Shown here: positions 49,558-59,259 of the stretch, piece by piece
Layout of the letters: each line of letters begins with the position of its first letter
How positions within the stretch are numbered: the first letter of the stretch is position 1
Origin: Acidimicrobiales bacterium
Lineage (GTDB): Bacteria > Actinomycetota > Acidimicrobiia > Acidimicrobiales > Palsa-688
Assembly (NCBI GenBank): GCA_019241495.1
Contig: JAFAWZ010000273.1
Span: 1 to 60,885 of the forward strand
Direction of reading: 5' to 3'
DNA: 60,885 bases
Notes under the pieces: model-generated
What the model saw: the letters and a program-made list of their open reading frames with translations, nothing else
The model's database searches: none
Told to the model about the DNA's origin: nothing
Made by a program: the position numbers and the translations under genes

Positions 49558-52086
49558 GTGGCCCGGGTCTATCTCTACCGCCTCCGGTCCATCCTGCGCC
49601 GCCGCTCGTCCGACTACCTCGTTCTCGCCCTGCTGATCGCCGTCCTCGGCGGGCTGGCCATGGGCTCGGTGGTGGTGGGCCGGCGCACTCAGTCCGCCTT
49701 CCCGGCGTTCCTCGCCCAGGACAAGGCCTCCACCCTCACCATGTCGACTTACGGTACCGGTCCCAACGAAGTCGCCAACGACTACCTGCCATCCGTCGAA
49801 GCAGCCATCCGGCGGCTTCCCGAAGTCCAGAGCGTCGAAGCCATGGCAGGCGCCTTCGCCGTTCCCATCCAATCCGACGGCGCCCCGCTCGGTTCCGCCT
49901 ACAACACGATCAACATCGCCGCGTCGATCGACGGCCTCTACTTCGACCAGGACCGGGCAGTGGTGGTCAAGGGGCGGATGGCCAACCCCGACGCACCGGA
50001 CGAGTTCGTCACCACGCCTCTCGGCGCGCAGATTCTGGGCCTGCATCTGGGCCAGGACCTCCTCTTCGGCGTGTTCAACACACAGTTGGCCCAGGAACCG
50101 GGATTCGGCACCCCTGCGGTCCAGCCCCTATCCAAGGTCAAGATGCGCCTGGTCGGACTGGTCGAATTCAACTACCAGGTGATCGAGGACGACACCGACC
50201 GCTTCCCCACCAATCTGATCCTCACCCCGGCCTTCACCCGCAGCCAGGTCAACGACAACGGTACCTGGTACGGCATACGCCTCAGGCCAGGGGTCCGTGA
50301 CCTGGGGTCGCTCGAGCGCAAGCTCATCGCCCTTCTCCCCCCCGGCTCGGTACCGAACTTCGATCCGGTGTCCGCCGTCGGTGACCGGGTGGAGACCGCG
50401 GTTCGTCCCGAGTCGATTGCCCTCGCCGGGTTCGGTCTGATCGCCGCTCTCGCAGCCTTCGGGATCTGCATCCCGGTCATGTCCCGCCTGACCATGAATG
50501 GCGACGACGAGCGGCGAGTACTGCGGGCACTGGGGGCAGCCCCCCGCTCCGTTGCCGCAGATACCTACATCGGTGCGGTGGCCGCCTTAGCCCTGGGCAC
50601 CGTGCTGGCCACCGGCATATCTGCGGGCCTGTCGACGCTCGCCCCACTCGGTCCGGTGCACCGCGTCTACCACCCCGGCCCGCTGGCCCTCGACTGGACC
50701 GTAGTCGGCATCAGCGCATTGCTGTTCACCGGCGTGCTCGGGGCGGTCGTGGTGGCCATGGCCACGCGTCGGGCCCGAGGCGGGGCCGGGCATCTTCATC
50801 CCGCCAGCGCGGGGGCCAAGTCCGGCGTCGCATCGGCCGCCGTGGCCGCCGGACTGCCGGTCCCGATCGTGCTGGGCACCCGCTTCGCCCTGGAGCCGGG
50901 CCGGGGTCGCACCGCGGTCCCCGCCCGCTCGGTCATAGGCGGTGCCATGCTCTCCGTGGCCCTCGTGGTGACCACCCTCACGTTCGCCAGCGGCTTACGC
51001 ACCCTGGTCTCCCGGCCGGCCCTGTACGGGTGGAACTGGGACTACGCCCTGATCTCCCAGAATGTTGTCCCGCCGCAAGCCCGCACCGCCTTGAACAACG
51101 ACCGTCTGGTCCGGGCCTGGTCCGGTTACACCGACGTCGGTCTCGTAATCGACGGGCAGGTCGTACCGGCGATTGGCGCCGAGAACACCGCAGTGGTTGG
51201 CCCACCCGTCCTGTCCGGGCACCAGGTGACCGGAGCCAACCAGGTTGTCCTGGGTTCAGCCACGCTGACCTCTCTCGGCAAGAAGGTCGGCGATCTGGTG
51301 CAGGTCGCCTATGGCAGCCCCTCCACGGCGCCCATCTACCTGCCGCCCCGGCCGATGCGAATCGTCGGCACGGCCACCTTTCCCGCCATCAGCGGGTCCA
51401 ACAACATCGCCGAGCACCCGAGCCTCGGTGTCGGCGCCCTCTTCTCCTACCTGTCGCTGCCAGCTGCCTTCCTGAACCTGCTCCAGGTCCCAGACCCCAC
51501 GCAGGACGGGCCGCCCGTGGTCTTCGTCCGCTTCCAGGCCGGCGTCGGAGCCAAGGCGGCCAAAGCCGACCTCGACCGGATCGTCGCAGTGGCCAACCAA
51601 GCCTTCGCTACTGACCCGGCCGCCGCGACAGACACCGACTCATGGGAGAGCGTCCAGCGTCCCGCCGCCATCGCCAACTATCAGTCAACCGGCGCCACGC
51701 CATTGATTCTGGCCTGCAGCCTGGCGGCAAGTGCCATGGCCGCGCTGGCCATCAGCCTGGTTGCATCGGTCCGCCGCCGACGTCGTGACCTGGCTGTTCT
51801 GAAGACGCTGGGTTTCACCCGGGCCCAGACCACTGCCACCGTGGCCGCCCAGGCACTGGTGACCGCCCTGCTCGCCGACGCCGTCGGCATCCCCGTCGGC
51901 ATCGCAGTCGGCCGGCAACTGTGGATCGCCTTCGCCCGCAGCATCGACGCCGTGCCCACACCGACCGTGCCGGCCTCGGTCGCCCTGGTAGGAATGCTCA
52001 CCGTCGTCATCTCCCTGCTCGTCGCGGTGGTCCCCGGTCGGCTGGCCGCCCGTACCCCCGCCGCCGCGGTGTTACGGGTCGAGTGA
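49558..52086 (+). CDS. FtsX-like ABC transporter permease with two FtsX modules (842 aa, MacB/Bce-type)
   Basis: Two 4-TM FtsX-like blocks separated by large extracytoplasmic regions. C-terminal KTLGFTRAQ motif. GTG start. Confidence 0.85.
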   Translation: MARVYLYRLRSILRRRSSDYLVLALLIAVLGGLAMGSVVVGRRTQSAFPAFLAQDKASTLTMSTYGTGPNEVANDYLPSVEAAIRRLPEVQSVEAMAGAFAVPIQSDGAPLGSAYNTINIAASIDGLYFDQDRAVVVKGRMANPDAPDEFVTTPLGAQILGLHLGQDLLFGVFNTQLAQEPGFGTPAVQPLSKVKMRLVGLVEFNYQVIEDDTDRFPTNLILTPAFTRSQVNDNGTWYGIRLRPGVRDLGSLERKLIALLPPGSVPNFDPVSAVGDRVETAVRPESIALAGFGLIAALAAFGICIPVMSRLTMNGDDERRVLRALGAAPRSVAADTYIGAVAALALGTVLATGISAGLSTLAPLGPVHRVYHPGPLALDWTVVGISALLFTGVLGAVVVAMATRRARGGAGHLHPASAGAKSGVASAAVAAGLPVPIVLGTRFALEPGRGRTAVPARSVIGGAMLSVALVVTTLTFASGLRTLVSRPALYGWNWDYALISQNVVPPQARTALNNDRLVRAWSGYTDVGLVIDGQVVPAIGAENTAVVGPPVLSGHQVTGANQVVLGSATLTSLGKKVGDLVQVAYGSPSTAPIYLPPRPMRIVGTATFPAISGSNNIAEHPSLGVGALFSYLSLPAAFLNLLQVPDPTQDGPPVVFVRFQAGVGAKAAKADLDRIVAVANQAFATDPAAATDTDSWESVQRPAAIANYQSTGATPLILACSLAASAMAALAISLVASVRRRRRDLAVLKTLGFTRAQTTATVAAQALVTALLADAVGIPVGIAVGRQLWIAFARSIDAVPTPTVPASVALVGMLTVVISLLVAVVPGRLAARTPAAAVLRVE

Positions 52087-52101
52087 CCGAATTGTGCCAG
52101 C

Positions 52102-52119
52102 GGGGGTGCCAGCACCCCC
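52102..52119. terminator. GC palindrome GGGGGTG-ccag-CACCCCC immediately after the permease stop (hairpin or dimer-binding site)
   Basis: Perfect 7-bp stem read directly. No U-tract. Confidence 0.35.
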
Positions 52120-52220
52120 AGCAGAACGGTAGGCGGCACCCTTGGCCGCGACCGCTGCCCCTTTTACCGTCGAACCAGGAGCGCATGGGGCGCTTCAACT
52201 CCACCTAGGAGGGGTAGCAG

Positions 52221-52871
52221 ATGACTGCAGTTGGAATACCGACGACGGGCGCCGGGCCCGCCGCCAGGACAACATCAAACCGATGGATCGCTCTAACCGG
52301 TGTTCTGTTCGCGTTGCTCTTGGGCGCCGCCGTGGTGATGACCTCGGGCGAGCCCGCGGCCAAGAACGCGACCAAGGTCCAGGCTTGGGTCGTGAAACAC
52401 TCCAGCCTGATAGGTGGATCATTCGTTATCACGACAGCGGCCGTCATAGTCGGCCTCCTCTTCCTGGTCTGGCTCCACTCGCATTTGGGCCGAGACGGCG
52501 GCTGGCTGGGGAGCCTCTTCTTGGTCGGAGTCGTCGTCTTCGCTCTCTCCGGCGCGGTTGGAGCGGGCATCGACGCTGCCCTCAGCCAGGACACCAAGCA
52601 CCTGAGCACTGACACTGTCCAAACGCTGGCCAGCCTGGGCCAGAATCTCAACTACCCAATGACCTGCATCGGCCTGGCCCTGATGTACCTGGCGGCTGGC
52701 TTCCTGATCCGCCGCACCGGGCTGCTACCCGGCTGGCTGAGCTGGGTCTCGTGGCTGTTCGCCCTGCTGGCCGCCAGCATCGTTCTGGGCTTCGTCCCTC
52801 TCGCGGGCAGCGCTCTTTGGATGATCGTGGTGGGCATCTACCTGGCCGCCCGCCCGCCCGTCGAAGGTTAG
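52221..52871 (+). CDS. integral membrane protein (about 6 TM), hypothetical
   Basis: Strong RBS AGGAGGGG and multiple hydrophobic helices. No family recognised. Confidence 0.65.
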   Translation: MTAVGIPTTGAGPAARTTSNRWIALTGVLFALLLGAAVVMTSGEPAAKNATKVQAWVVKHSSLIGGSFVITTAAVIVGLLFLVWLHSHLGRDGGWLGSLFLVGVVVFALSGAVGAGIDAALSQDTKHLSTDTVQTLASLGQNLNYPMTCIGLALMYLAAGFLIRRTGLLPGWLSWVSWLFALLAASIVLGFVPLAGSALWMIVVGIYLAARPPVEG

Positions 52872-52882
52872 AGTCGGCCGCC

Positions 52883-53560
52883 ATGGCATCGGCCATCCGC
52901 GTCGCCCTGGCTGAGGACCACGCGCTGGTCCGCGATGGGCTGGTCCGGCTGGTCGAATCAGAGACCGACATGGAGCTGGCCGGGGTGGCGTCGGACCTCC
53001 CCGGCCTGCTGGCGTTGGTCGAGAAAGAGGACCCCGACGTGGTGGTCACCGATATCCGCATGCCGCCCAACCGGGCCGACGAGGGGATCCAGGCCGCGGC
53101 CTGGATGCGGGTCAATAGGCCCCAGACTGCGGTGGTCGTGCTCAGTCAGTACGCCACCCCGGCGCTGGCGCTGGCCCTGCTCGGTGACGGGTCGGCGGGG
53201 AGGGGCTACCTGTTGAAGGAACGGGTGGCTGGAGCGGCGGAACTGGCCAGCGCCATCCGGACGGTTGCGGATGGGGGCTCGGTGATCGACCCCACCGTTG
53301 TAGACGACTTGGTCCGCAGCCGGGCCGGCAAGCGCGACTCCGACCTGTCCTGGCTGACCCCGAGAGAATCGGAGATCCTGGCCGGCATGGCCCAAGGCCG
53401 CAGCAATTCCGGAATAGCCGAGCATTTGAGCCTTTCCGAACGGGCGGTCGAAAAGCACATCAATTCCCTGTTCGCCAAGCTCGGCCTTCGCGAGGAGCGC
53501 GACGTCAACCGACGAGTCAAAGCTGTCCTGCTTTACCTGAACGAGCAGCCGCCGGGATGA
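52883..53560 (+). CDS. NarL/FixJ (LuxR-type HTH) response regulator
   Basis: Receiver domain (VALAEDHALVRDGL...VVVTDIRMP) plus LuxR HTH (LTPRESEILAGMAQGRSNSGIAEHLSLSERAVEKHI). Confidence 0.9.
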   Translation: MASAIRVALAEDHALVRDGLVRLVESETDMELAGVASDLPGLLALVEKEDPDVVVTDIRMPPNRADEGIQAAAWMRVNRPQTAVVVLSQYATPALALALLGDGSAGRGYLLKERVAGAAELASAIRTVADGGSVIDPTVVDDLVRSRAGKRDSDLSWLTPRESEILAGMAQGRSNSGIAEHLSLSERAVEKHINSLFAKLGLREERDVNRRVKAVLLYLNEQPPG

Positions 53561-53931
53561 CTTCCGGCATCGGTGTGCTCGTCGTCGATGATCAGCCGCC
53601 GTTCCGGCGAGCAGCCCGAGCGGTGCTGGAACGGGTGGAGGATTTCCACCTGATCGGAGAGGCCGAGACGGGCGAGGACGCGGTGGCGCTGGCCGCCGAG
53701 CTGCGCCCCTCTCTGGTGTTGATGGACATCAACATGCCGGGCATGGGCGGCATCGAAGCGACCCGCCGTATCGTGACCGCCGATCCGGATGTGGTCGTCG
53801 TCCTCTGCTCCACACGCGATGTCGCCGACGTCCCTGGCACGGTTGCAGCCAGCGGGGCCGCCACCTACCTGAGCAAGGAGGCGTTCGGCGCGGACGCGCT
53901 GCGCCACATCTGGCGCTCGCTCACCTCGTAG
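53557..53931 (+). CDS. stand-alone response-regulator receiver domain (CheY-like)
   Basis: VLVVDDQPPFRRAA...LVLMDINMPGMGG...YLSKE. ATGA overlap with the upstream response regulator. The 3' end overlaps the convergent kinase gene by 11 nt. Confidence 0.8.
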   Translation: MTSGIGVLVVDDQPPFRRAARAVLERVEDFHLIGEAETGEDAVALAAELRPSLVLMDINMPGMGGIEATRRIVTADPDVVVVLCSTRDVADVPGTVAASGAATYLSKEAFGADALRHIWRSLTS

Positions 53932-55507
53932 CCACCGGCACCTCGCCAGAGACCGCCACACCTTGGCCCGGCTGCGAGCTCCACCGCACCGAGCCGCCGA
54001 TGGCACCGAGACGGTCGGTCATGTTGACCAGGCCGTGCCCGCGTCGTGTCGCGTGCGGGTCAAAGCCCGGCCCATTGTCGCTCACTCGGAAAAAGAGGGT
54101 GCCTTCCTCACACCAAACCTGGACGCGCACCGTGGCCCCGGGTGCATGCTTGGTCGAGTTTTGCAGCGCTTCCAGGCAACAGAAATAGACAGCGGCCTCT
54201 ATGTCCTGATCGAACCGGTCAGCCGTGGTGACATCGACGTGGACCGGAAGTGAGCTGCGAGCGGCGGCCGCCGCCAAGGCTTGGGACAATCCACCGTCGG
54301 CAAGCAGGGGCGGGTAGATGCCATGCGCCAGCTCCCGCAGCTCGACGACTGCGTTTTGCACCTCGCGGTTCATGTCGTCGAGCATGAGGGCCGCCGCGTT
54401 CGGGTCGGTGTCGATCAGGTCACGAGCCAGCCGCAGCCCGATAGCCAGCGCCACCAGGTTCTGTTGGGCGCCGTCGTGGAGGTTGCGTTCGACCCGCCGG
54501 CGCTCGGCGTCGCCGCTCGCCACGATCCGGGCCCGGGACTCACGCAACTCGGCCGCCTGGGCCCGCACCGCAGCCAGGGTGTCCTGCAAGGCGGCGTCGA
54601 GGTGAACGTTGTGCAACGCCAGCCCTACCTCGCGGGCCAGGTCGCCAAGAATCCGGTCGTCTTCCTCGGAGAAGGGCTCGTCCGAGGCGGCCCGTTCGAC
54701 CACGAGCAGGCCGAGCAGCTCGCCGGCGTTGCGTACAGGTGCGGTACGGAGTTGACCGTCTCGACCGGTGGTCAGAGCCGGCAACCAGATGTCGATCCAG
54801 GCGTTGCCCGAGACAGGGGCGCTCAACACGGTCGGGCGTTCTTTGTCGGTGATCGCGATCTGGGGCAGGGCGCCGCGGTCTGGAACCCCGGCCACCCGTT
54901 CGAGCACCTGACCCGATCCAGTGAACACGTCCGCCCTGGTCAGCTGCATGGTCCGCACCAGCGATTCGGCCAGCTGCAGCAACAGCTCGTCCATCGGGGT
55001 GGATCGGGTCACCCGGCTGGCGAAGGCCCTGATCAGCTCGTCGGGCTCCTGCCGGCTGCCGAAGACGATGCGGTTCGCAGTGGCCAAGAAGCGCCGGCGG
55101 GCCGGCCCGAACGACACCGCCGCCAGGGCGGCCGCGACCATGGACCGGCCCAGTGTCTCCCGGTCGCCGCGGCCGGTCGGGGCGTTGCCCAGGCCGCGGA
55201 CCACCACCAAGTACACGGCCGAGATGACCACGGTGAAGGTGCCTGCGGCCAGAGCATTCGCCAGGACCCGGCCACCCAGGCCGGCTACCCGCCGAGACCC
55301 GGATGCGGCGATCGCCATGACCGGCAAGGCGAGAGTGGCCAGGGCGGTCGGCGCCAGGGCGCCCGGCCAGCCGACAATGGCGTGCAGGGTGAGCTCGACG
55401 ACCACCACCGACACAGAAACCGTCATGCCGGCCGCCAGCCAGCGCAGGCGGCCGCGATCTGCGACCCGGACCGGCGCTGTCATGGCCGTCGTCGCCATCG
55501 CCGTCAC
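53921..55507 (-). CDS. membrane sensor histidine kinase, TM region + GAF + HisKA_3 + HATPase_c (NarX/DesK class)
   Basis: H-box ERRRVERNLHDGAQQNLVAL, N-box EALQNSTKHA and G-box DNGPGFD. A GAF-like segment lies between the TM region and the H-box. Confidence 0.85.
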   Translation of the reverse strand: MTAMATTAMTAPVRVADRGRLRWLAAGMTVSVSVVVVELTLHAIVGWPGALAPTALATLALPVMAIAASGSRRVAGLGGRVLANALAAGTFTVVISAVYLVVVRGLGNAPTGRGDRETLGRSMVAAALAAVSFGPARRRFLATANRIVFGSRQEPDELIRAFASRVTRSTPMDELLLQLAESLVRTMQLTRADVFTGSGQVLERVAGVPDRGALPQIAITDKERPTVLSAPVSGNAWIDIWLPALTTGRDGQLRTAPVRNAGELLGLLVVERAASDEPFSEEDDRILGDLAREVGLALHNVHLDAALQDTLAAVRAQAAELRESRARIVASGDAERRRVERNLHDGAQQNLVALAIGLRLARDLIDTDPNAAALMLDDMNREVQNAVVELRELAHGIYPPLLADGGLSQALAAAAARSSLPVHVDVTTADRFDQDIEAAVYFCCLEALQNSTKHAPGATVRVQVWCEEGTLFFRVSDNGPGFDPHATRRGHGLVNMTDRLGAIGGSVRWSSQPGQGVAVSGEVPVATR

Positions 55508-56199
55508 CCCTCGATCCGACCATCGCGCATGGCCAGCACTCGTGACGCGGCCGCGGCGACGTCTGGGTTATGGGTCACCAGCACGATCGTCTGGCCGCCA
55601 GCGTGCAGGCGGCGCAGCAGTTCGATGATCTCCATGCTCCCCTCGCTGTCGAGGGAGCCGGTCGGCTCGTCGGCGAGCAACAGCGTCGGGTCGTTGGCCA
55701 GGGCCCGGGCGATGGCCAGCCGCTGGCGCTGCCCACCTGATAGGAGGGCTGGCATCATCGAAGCCTTGTCGCCGATACCCAACAGGTCGAGCAGGTCGCG
55801 GCCCCTCCCCTCAGCGGCCCGGCGGCTCCGCCCGGCGATGACCGCCGGCAGGGCGACGTTCTCCAGCGCCGTCATACCTTCGAGCAGGTTGAAGAACTGG
55901 AACACGATGCCCACGTGGCGTCGACGGATCCGAGCCAGCTCGTCTTCGCTCAAGCCGTCCAAGGGTCGGCCGTCAATGCTGATCTGGCCGTCATCGGGCG
56001 TCTCCAGCCCGGCGATCAGGTTCAGCAGCGTCGACTTGCCGCATCCCGATGGGCCCATCACGGCGACAAACTCGGTTGGGGCAACCGAGAGGTCGACGCC
56101 CCGGAGCGCTCGGATGGGTGCGTTGTCGGCCTCGAACGTCTTGCGCAGGCCCCGTACTGCGACCGCCTTTCCCGTATCGACGTGCCCCACGGGCAACAA
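55504..56199 (-). CDS. ABC transporter ATP-binding protein (MacB/LolD class)
   Basis: GPSGCGKSTLLN, LSGGQRQRLAIARAL and LLLADEPTGSLD. 4-nt overlap with the kinase start. TTG or GTG start. Confidence 0.9.
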   Translation of the reverse strand: MLPVGHVDTGKAVAVRGLRKTFEADNAPIRALRGVDLSVAPTEFVAVMGPSGCGKSTLLNLIAGLETPDDGQISIDGRPLDGLSEDELARIRRRHVGIVFQFFNLLEGMTALENVALPAVIAGRSRRAAEGRGRDLLDLLGIGDKASMMPALLSGGQRQRLAIARALANDPTLLLADEPTGSLDSEGSMEIIELLRRLHAGGQTIVLVTHNPDVAAAASRVLAMRDGRIEG

Positions 56200-56273
56200 C
56201 GCTACGTGTTTACGTGCCTGACCGGCCAGGGTGCTGCCTTACCCCTGGGGTGTGGTCAACACCCGATCCCGTC

Positions 56274-56303
56274 TCGCGATCGGCTCGATTCGGTTCGCGA
56301 TCG
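56274..56303. promoter_or_regulatory. Direct repeat TCGCGATCG (56274-56282 and 56295-56303, 21-bp period) upstream of the ABC-ATPase/kinase operon
   Basis: Read directly. Any function is speculative. Confidence 0.25.
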
Positions 56304-56390
56304 ACGGGTCGCCTGTTTGGTGAGTGGACAGTTTTACCGCAAATAGCCGGAACAGGTGCCACTCGCCAAAAGGGGTGCCAGTCGATGCAG

Positions 56391-57234
56391 CTAACCGGGG
56401 ACCACAGCCGCGACCAGCTTGGCCGCCGCGGCCGGCACCGCGTCGAGCCATAGGTACGGATCGACAAGCTCAACCTCCAGGACGAGCGGCACCCCATCCG
56501 GGTCATTGATCAGATCGACGCGGCCGTAGCTCGGGACCACACCCACCCGCTCGCGCACAACATCAGGCCGTTCCAGGCCATACGCTCCCATGGCCGTTCC
56601 ACGACGCCCTCACCGGCAATGAGGACCGGCCGTTTCAAGACAGCGTGGCTGAAGTCGCCATCGAAGAAGACGAGGTCGGCCTCGCCTTCGACATCGATGT
56701 TCGAGAGAAACGGTTGCACCATCGCGGTCTACCCGGAGCGGTGGAGCGCTTCGACGTGGGTCGTTGCTGCCTCAATATCGCTCGGTGGTAGCGGGCGGTC
56801 TGTCGCCCTCCAGCAGATATTGCCGGCTTGACCACGAACTCCGCGTCGGGCGGGGCCCAAGGATCTCCGGGTGCAACCCAGGTCGTCGGGACTACCGGAA
56901 CCCCCGCGGCGGCCAGCTCCCGCTGATGGCGCTTGTCGAGACCCCACTCGATGACGGCGCGTGAGTTGACCAAGGCGGTCTCCTCCCCGACCTGCCGGGT
57001 CCACTCCAAGTACTCGCCTGGCCGGTCGACACTGTCCCAGGTGCTGCTGACCAAGACGTGGCTGAAGGAGCGCCATTTCACTCGAGGATCGTCCCAAGAG
57101 ACCAAGGTCGACATAGCACCGCTGACACGCAACGCGTCCTGGATGGGTCCGGCGTCCGGATCCGGGTAGAGATCCCCGGGGTCAGCATCACCGGTTCGTC
57201 GGCAACCCACGATCGCTACCTTTGTGGCTGACAC
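56391..57234 (-). pseudogene. ATP-grasp domain protein gene disrupted by two frameshifts and one in-frame TAG
   Basis: Homology runs through three frames. The first is VAIVGC...FVVKPAISAGG. The second is SDIEAATTHVEALHRSG-TAG-TAMVQPFLSNIDVEGEADLVFFDG. The third is YGRVDLINDPDGVPLVLEVELVDPYLWL. The TAG lies at 56729-56731. Confidence 0.65.
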
Positions 57235-57290
57235 AGTATGTAGGTTCGCGACCGTAGATCGACGCCGCCAACGAATACTCCGCCCTGGTC

Positions 57291-57815
57291 TTATAACGCT
57301 GAGACAACGCCGGCAAGCGCGGTCCGAGTTGCGTCGTCTTCGATGAGCCCGTCGGAGCCGACCATTTGCGAGGTGACCGGTATGTGAGCACATGAACTGT
57401 CGATGACACGGGCATGGGTATAGCCCAGTACCGCCCGGAGCTCGGCATGAGCCCCGTCGGCACCGCGAGGAGAGACGTTCACCCACCCCACCGGCTTCTC
57501 GTATATGGAGCCGGCCTGCTCATCGCCAATGGTCCAGTCGAGCAGATTCTTCAGAGACCCGGGTAGGGCCCCCGCGTACTCAGGAGTGGAGAAGACGATC
57601 GCGTCCGCCTCGTGGATGGCATCTCGCAATCGGCGCACCTCTGGATGCAAGGGGTAGCGATCGTCGTCGGGGTTGAACGCAGGCAGCCTGGCCAGGCCAT
57701 CGTAGATGCGGCAATCGAGCCCGTCGGGGGCGATCTCGGTGATGGTTCGCAGTGCCGCCGTGTTGGTGGACATCTGGCGCAGGCTTCCGGAAACCAGCAG
57801 GACAGTTCGCCGCAT
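57291..57815 (-). CDS. NADPH-dependent FMN reductase
   Basis: VLLVSGSLRQMSTN...IVFSTPEYAGALPGSLKNLLDW. Confidence 0.8.
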   Translation of the reverse strand: MRRTVLLVSGSLRQMSTNTAALRTITEIAPDGLDCRIYDGLARLPAFNPDDDRYPLHPEVRRLRDAIHEADAIVFSTPEYAGALPGSLKNLLDWTIGDEQAGSIYEKPVGWVNVSPRGADGAHAELRAVLGYTHARVIDSSCAHIPVTSQMVGSDGLIEDDATRTALAGVVSAL

Positions 57816-57954
57816 GGCCGGATCAGCGTCACCAGCCAAGCCTGTATTCCAATTCAGCTGAGACTGCCCGTTTCGATGCAGCGGCCCCTCCCTGAGCTGC
57901 AGCCGATGGCAGGCCACTACGTAGTCACGGTTTCATGGAACAGACTGGAGGCTC

Positions 57955-58236
57955 ATGCGCGTGGATATTGTCGTTCGACCCAACGCCCTGAGAAACCGGG
58001 TAGGTGGCAGCCACGACGGCGCTCTGGTGGTGCGGGTTGCGGATCCTGCCGATCGGGGACGAGCGACGCGCGCCGCCCTCCGGGCCGTCGCAGACTCTTT
58101 CGGCGTGCCGGTACGATGCATCACCCTGGTCCGAGGACCTACCAGCCGCCGGAAGGTCGTCGAGATCGCGACCGCTTGCCGGCAGCCTGAACAACTTCAA
58201 AACCGATTGCGACAGCTGCTTCAGGATGGGCCCTGA
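57955..58236 (+). CDS. DUF167 (YggU-like) protein
   Basis: VRPNA..N.V......ALVVRVADPADRGRATRAAL...L is a typical DUF167 pattern. Confidence 0.7.
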   Translation: MRVDIVVRPNALRNRVGGSHDGALVVRVADPADRGRATRAALRAVADSFGVPVRCITLVRGPTSRRKVVEIATACRQPEQLQNRLRQLLQDGP

Positions 58237-58254
58237 GGCCCGAGCCGGATTCGC

Positions 58255-58827
58255 CTAGAACCACTCCAGGGCTTTGGCGGCTACCGCCTTCACCTCATCT
58301 CGCGTGGCGTCTCGACTCAGTCCCGAGCGCCACGAGCCCTCATCTCGGAGACAAACGGTCAAGTCGGACACCTCTGTCCATGAGCACCGAATCACCGTTA
58401 CGGTGCCGGGAAGCTGCCAGCTCGCATGCAGCTCGGGGGCTAGTTGGTGATACTCGCCGCCCTCACGAAAGGTCGTCGCCACCCCGGACAATCTGACTGT
58501 GTCCGACCGCCGCAGGTCCTCACCACCAAGCGTGTAGCGGAGCCGGACATACTCCTCCCCCGAGCGGTCCTCTTCGTGGCGAGTGTTGGTGAGCTCGCCC
58601 ACGATGATCCTCGAGGTGAAATCGTAAGGATGGTCGTGCACGGCAGGGTCCTCGATGACATCCTCAGTAGGGTCCCAGACGTGCAGTCGGTACTCCCGCT
58701 GGTCGTCCAAGCGCAGGCTCATGAGCCCGATGTCCTGCATCCTCCACGGATAGTCCTCGGCATGCCGGAGGATCGTGAAGACCAGGGCCTTGCTCAGCAC
58801 CTCACTCACCGTGTCCTCCTCGCTCAA
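58255..58827 (-). CDS. hypothetical protein (possible cupin-like HDHPYDF motif)
   Basis: 190-aa ORF with coding-like composition. No family recognised. Confidence 0.55.
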   Translation of the reverse strand: MSEEDTVSEVLSKALVFTILRHAEDYPWRMQDIGLMSLRLDDQREYRLHVWDPTEDVIEDPAVHDHPYDFTSRIIVGELTNTRHEEDRSGEEYVRLRYTLGGEDLRRSDTVRLSGVATTFREGGEYHQLAPELHASWQLPGTVTVIRCSWTEVSDLTVCLRDEGSWRSGLSRDATRDEVKAVAAKALEWF

Positions 58828-58906
58828 ACCGCCGGGCGGTCGACCTACCTAATCACATCACTGTCATTTAATCCAGGCGCTTTCCCATGCTCACCACCTC
58901 GTCGAC

Positions 58907-59236
58907 CTAGGCGCTCATACGCTCGCGGACGATTCGCTCGACGGCTTCGGCGTCGTTCGGTGTGATCGTCGGTCGGATCCTGCGGCCGACGTCGAGCACT
59001 AGAGCCAGATCTTTGTCCGTGCGACCCGGATCGAGATTCCACCAGTGGACGAAATCGCCGCTGCCCCAGATCCGCCAGCGGCGAACCTGGTTCACCCCAG
59101 TCAGCGAAAGCCGCTCGACGGCCCTGATGGATGAGTATCGAATGTGCTTGGCTCCCCAGGGGTAGTACCAGCCGATGGTGAGCCCGTTCTCGTCGCAGGT
59201 AATCCGACCATCGTCGTAGGTCGTTCGGTTGTTCAT
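58907..59236 (-). CDS. hypothetical protein
   Basis: 109-aa Trp-rich ORF. No family recognised. Confidence 0.5.
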   Translation of the reverse strand: MNNRTTYDDGRITCDENGLTIGWYYPWGAKHIRYSSIRAVERLSLTGVNQVRRWRIWGSGDFVHWWNLDPGRTDKDLALVLDVGRRIRPTITPNDAEAVERIVRERMSA

Positions 59237-59259
59237 GTCCTCCTACCGCCTCTGCCTGT

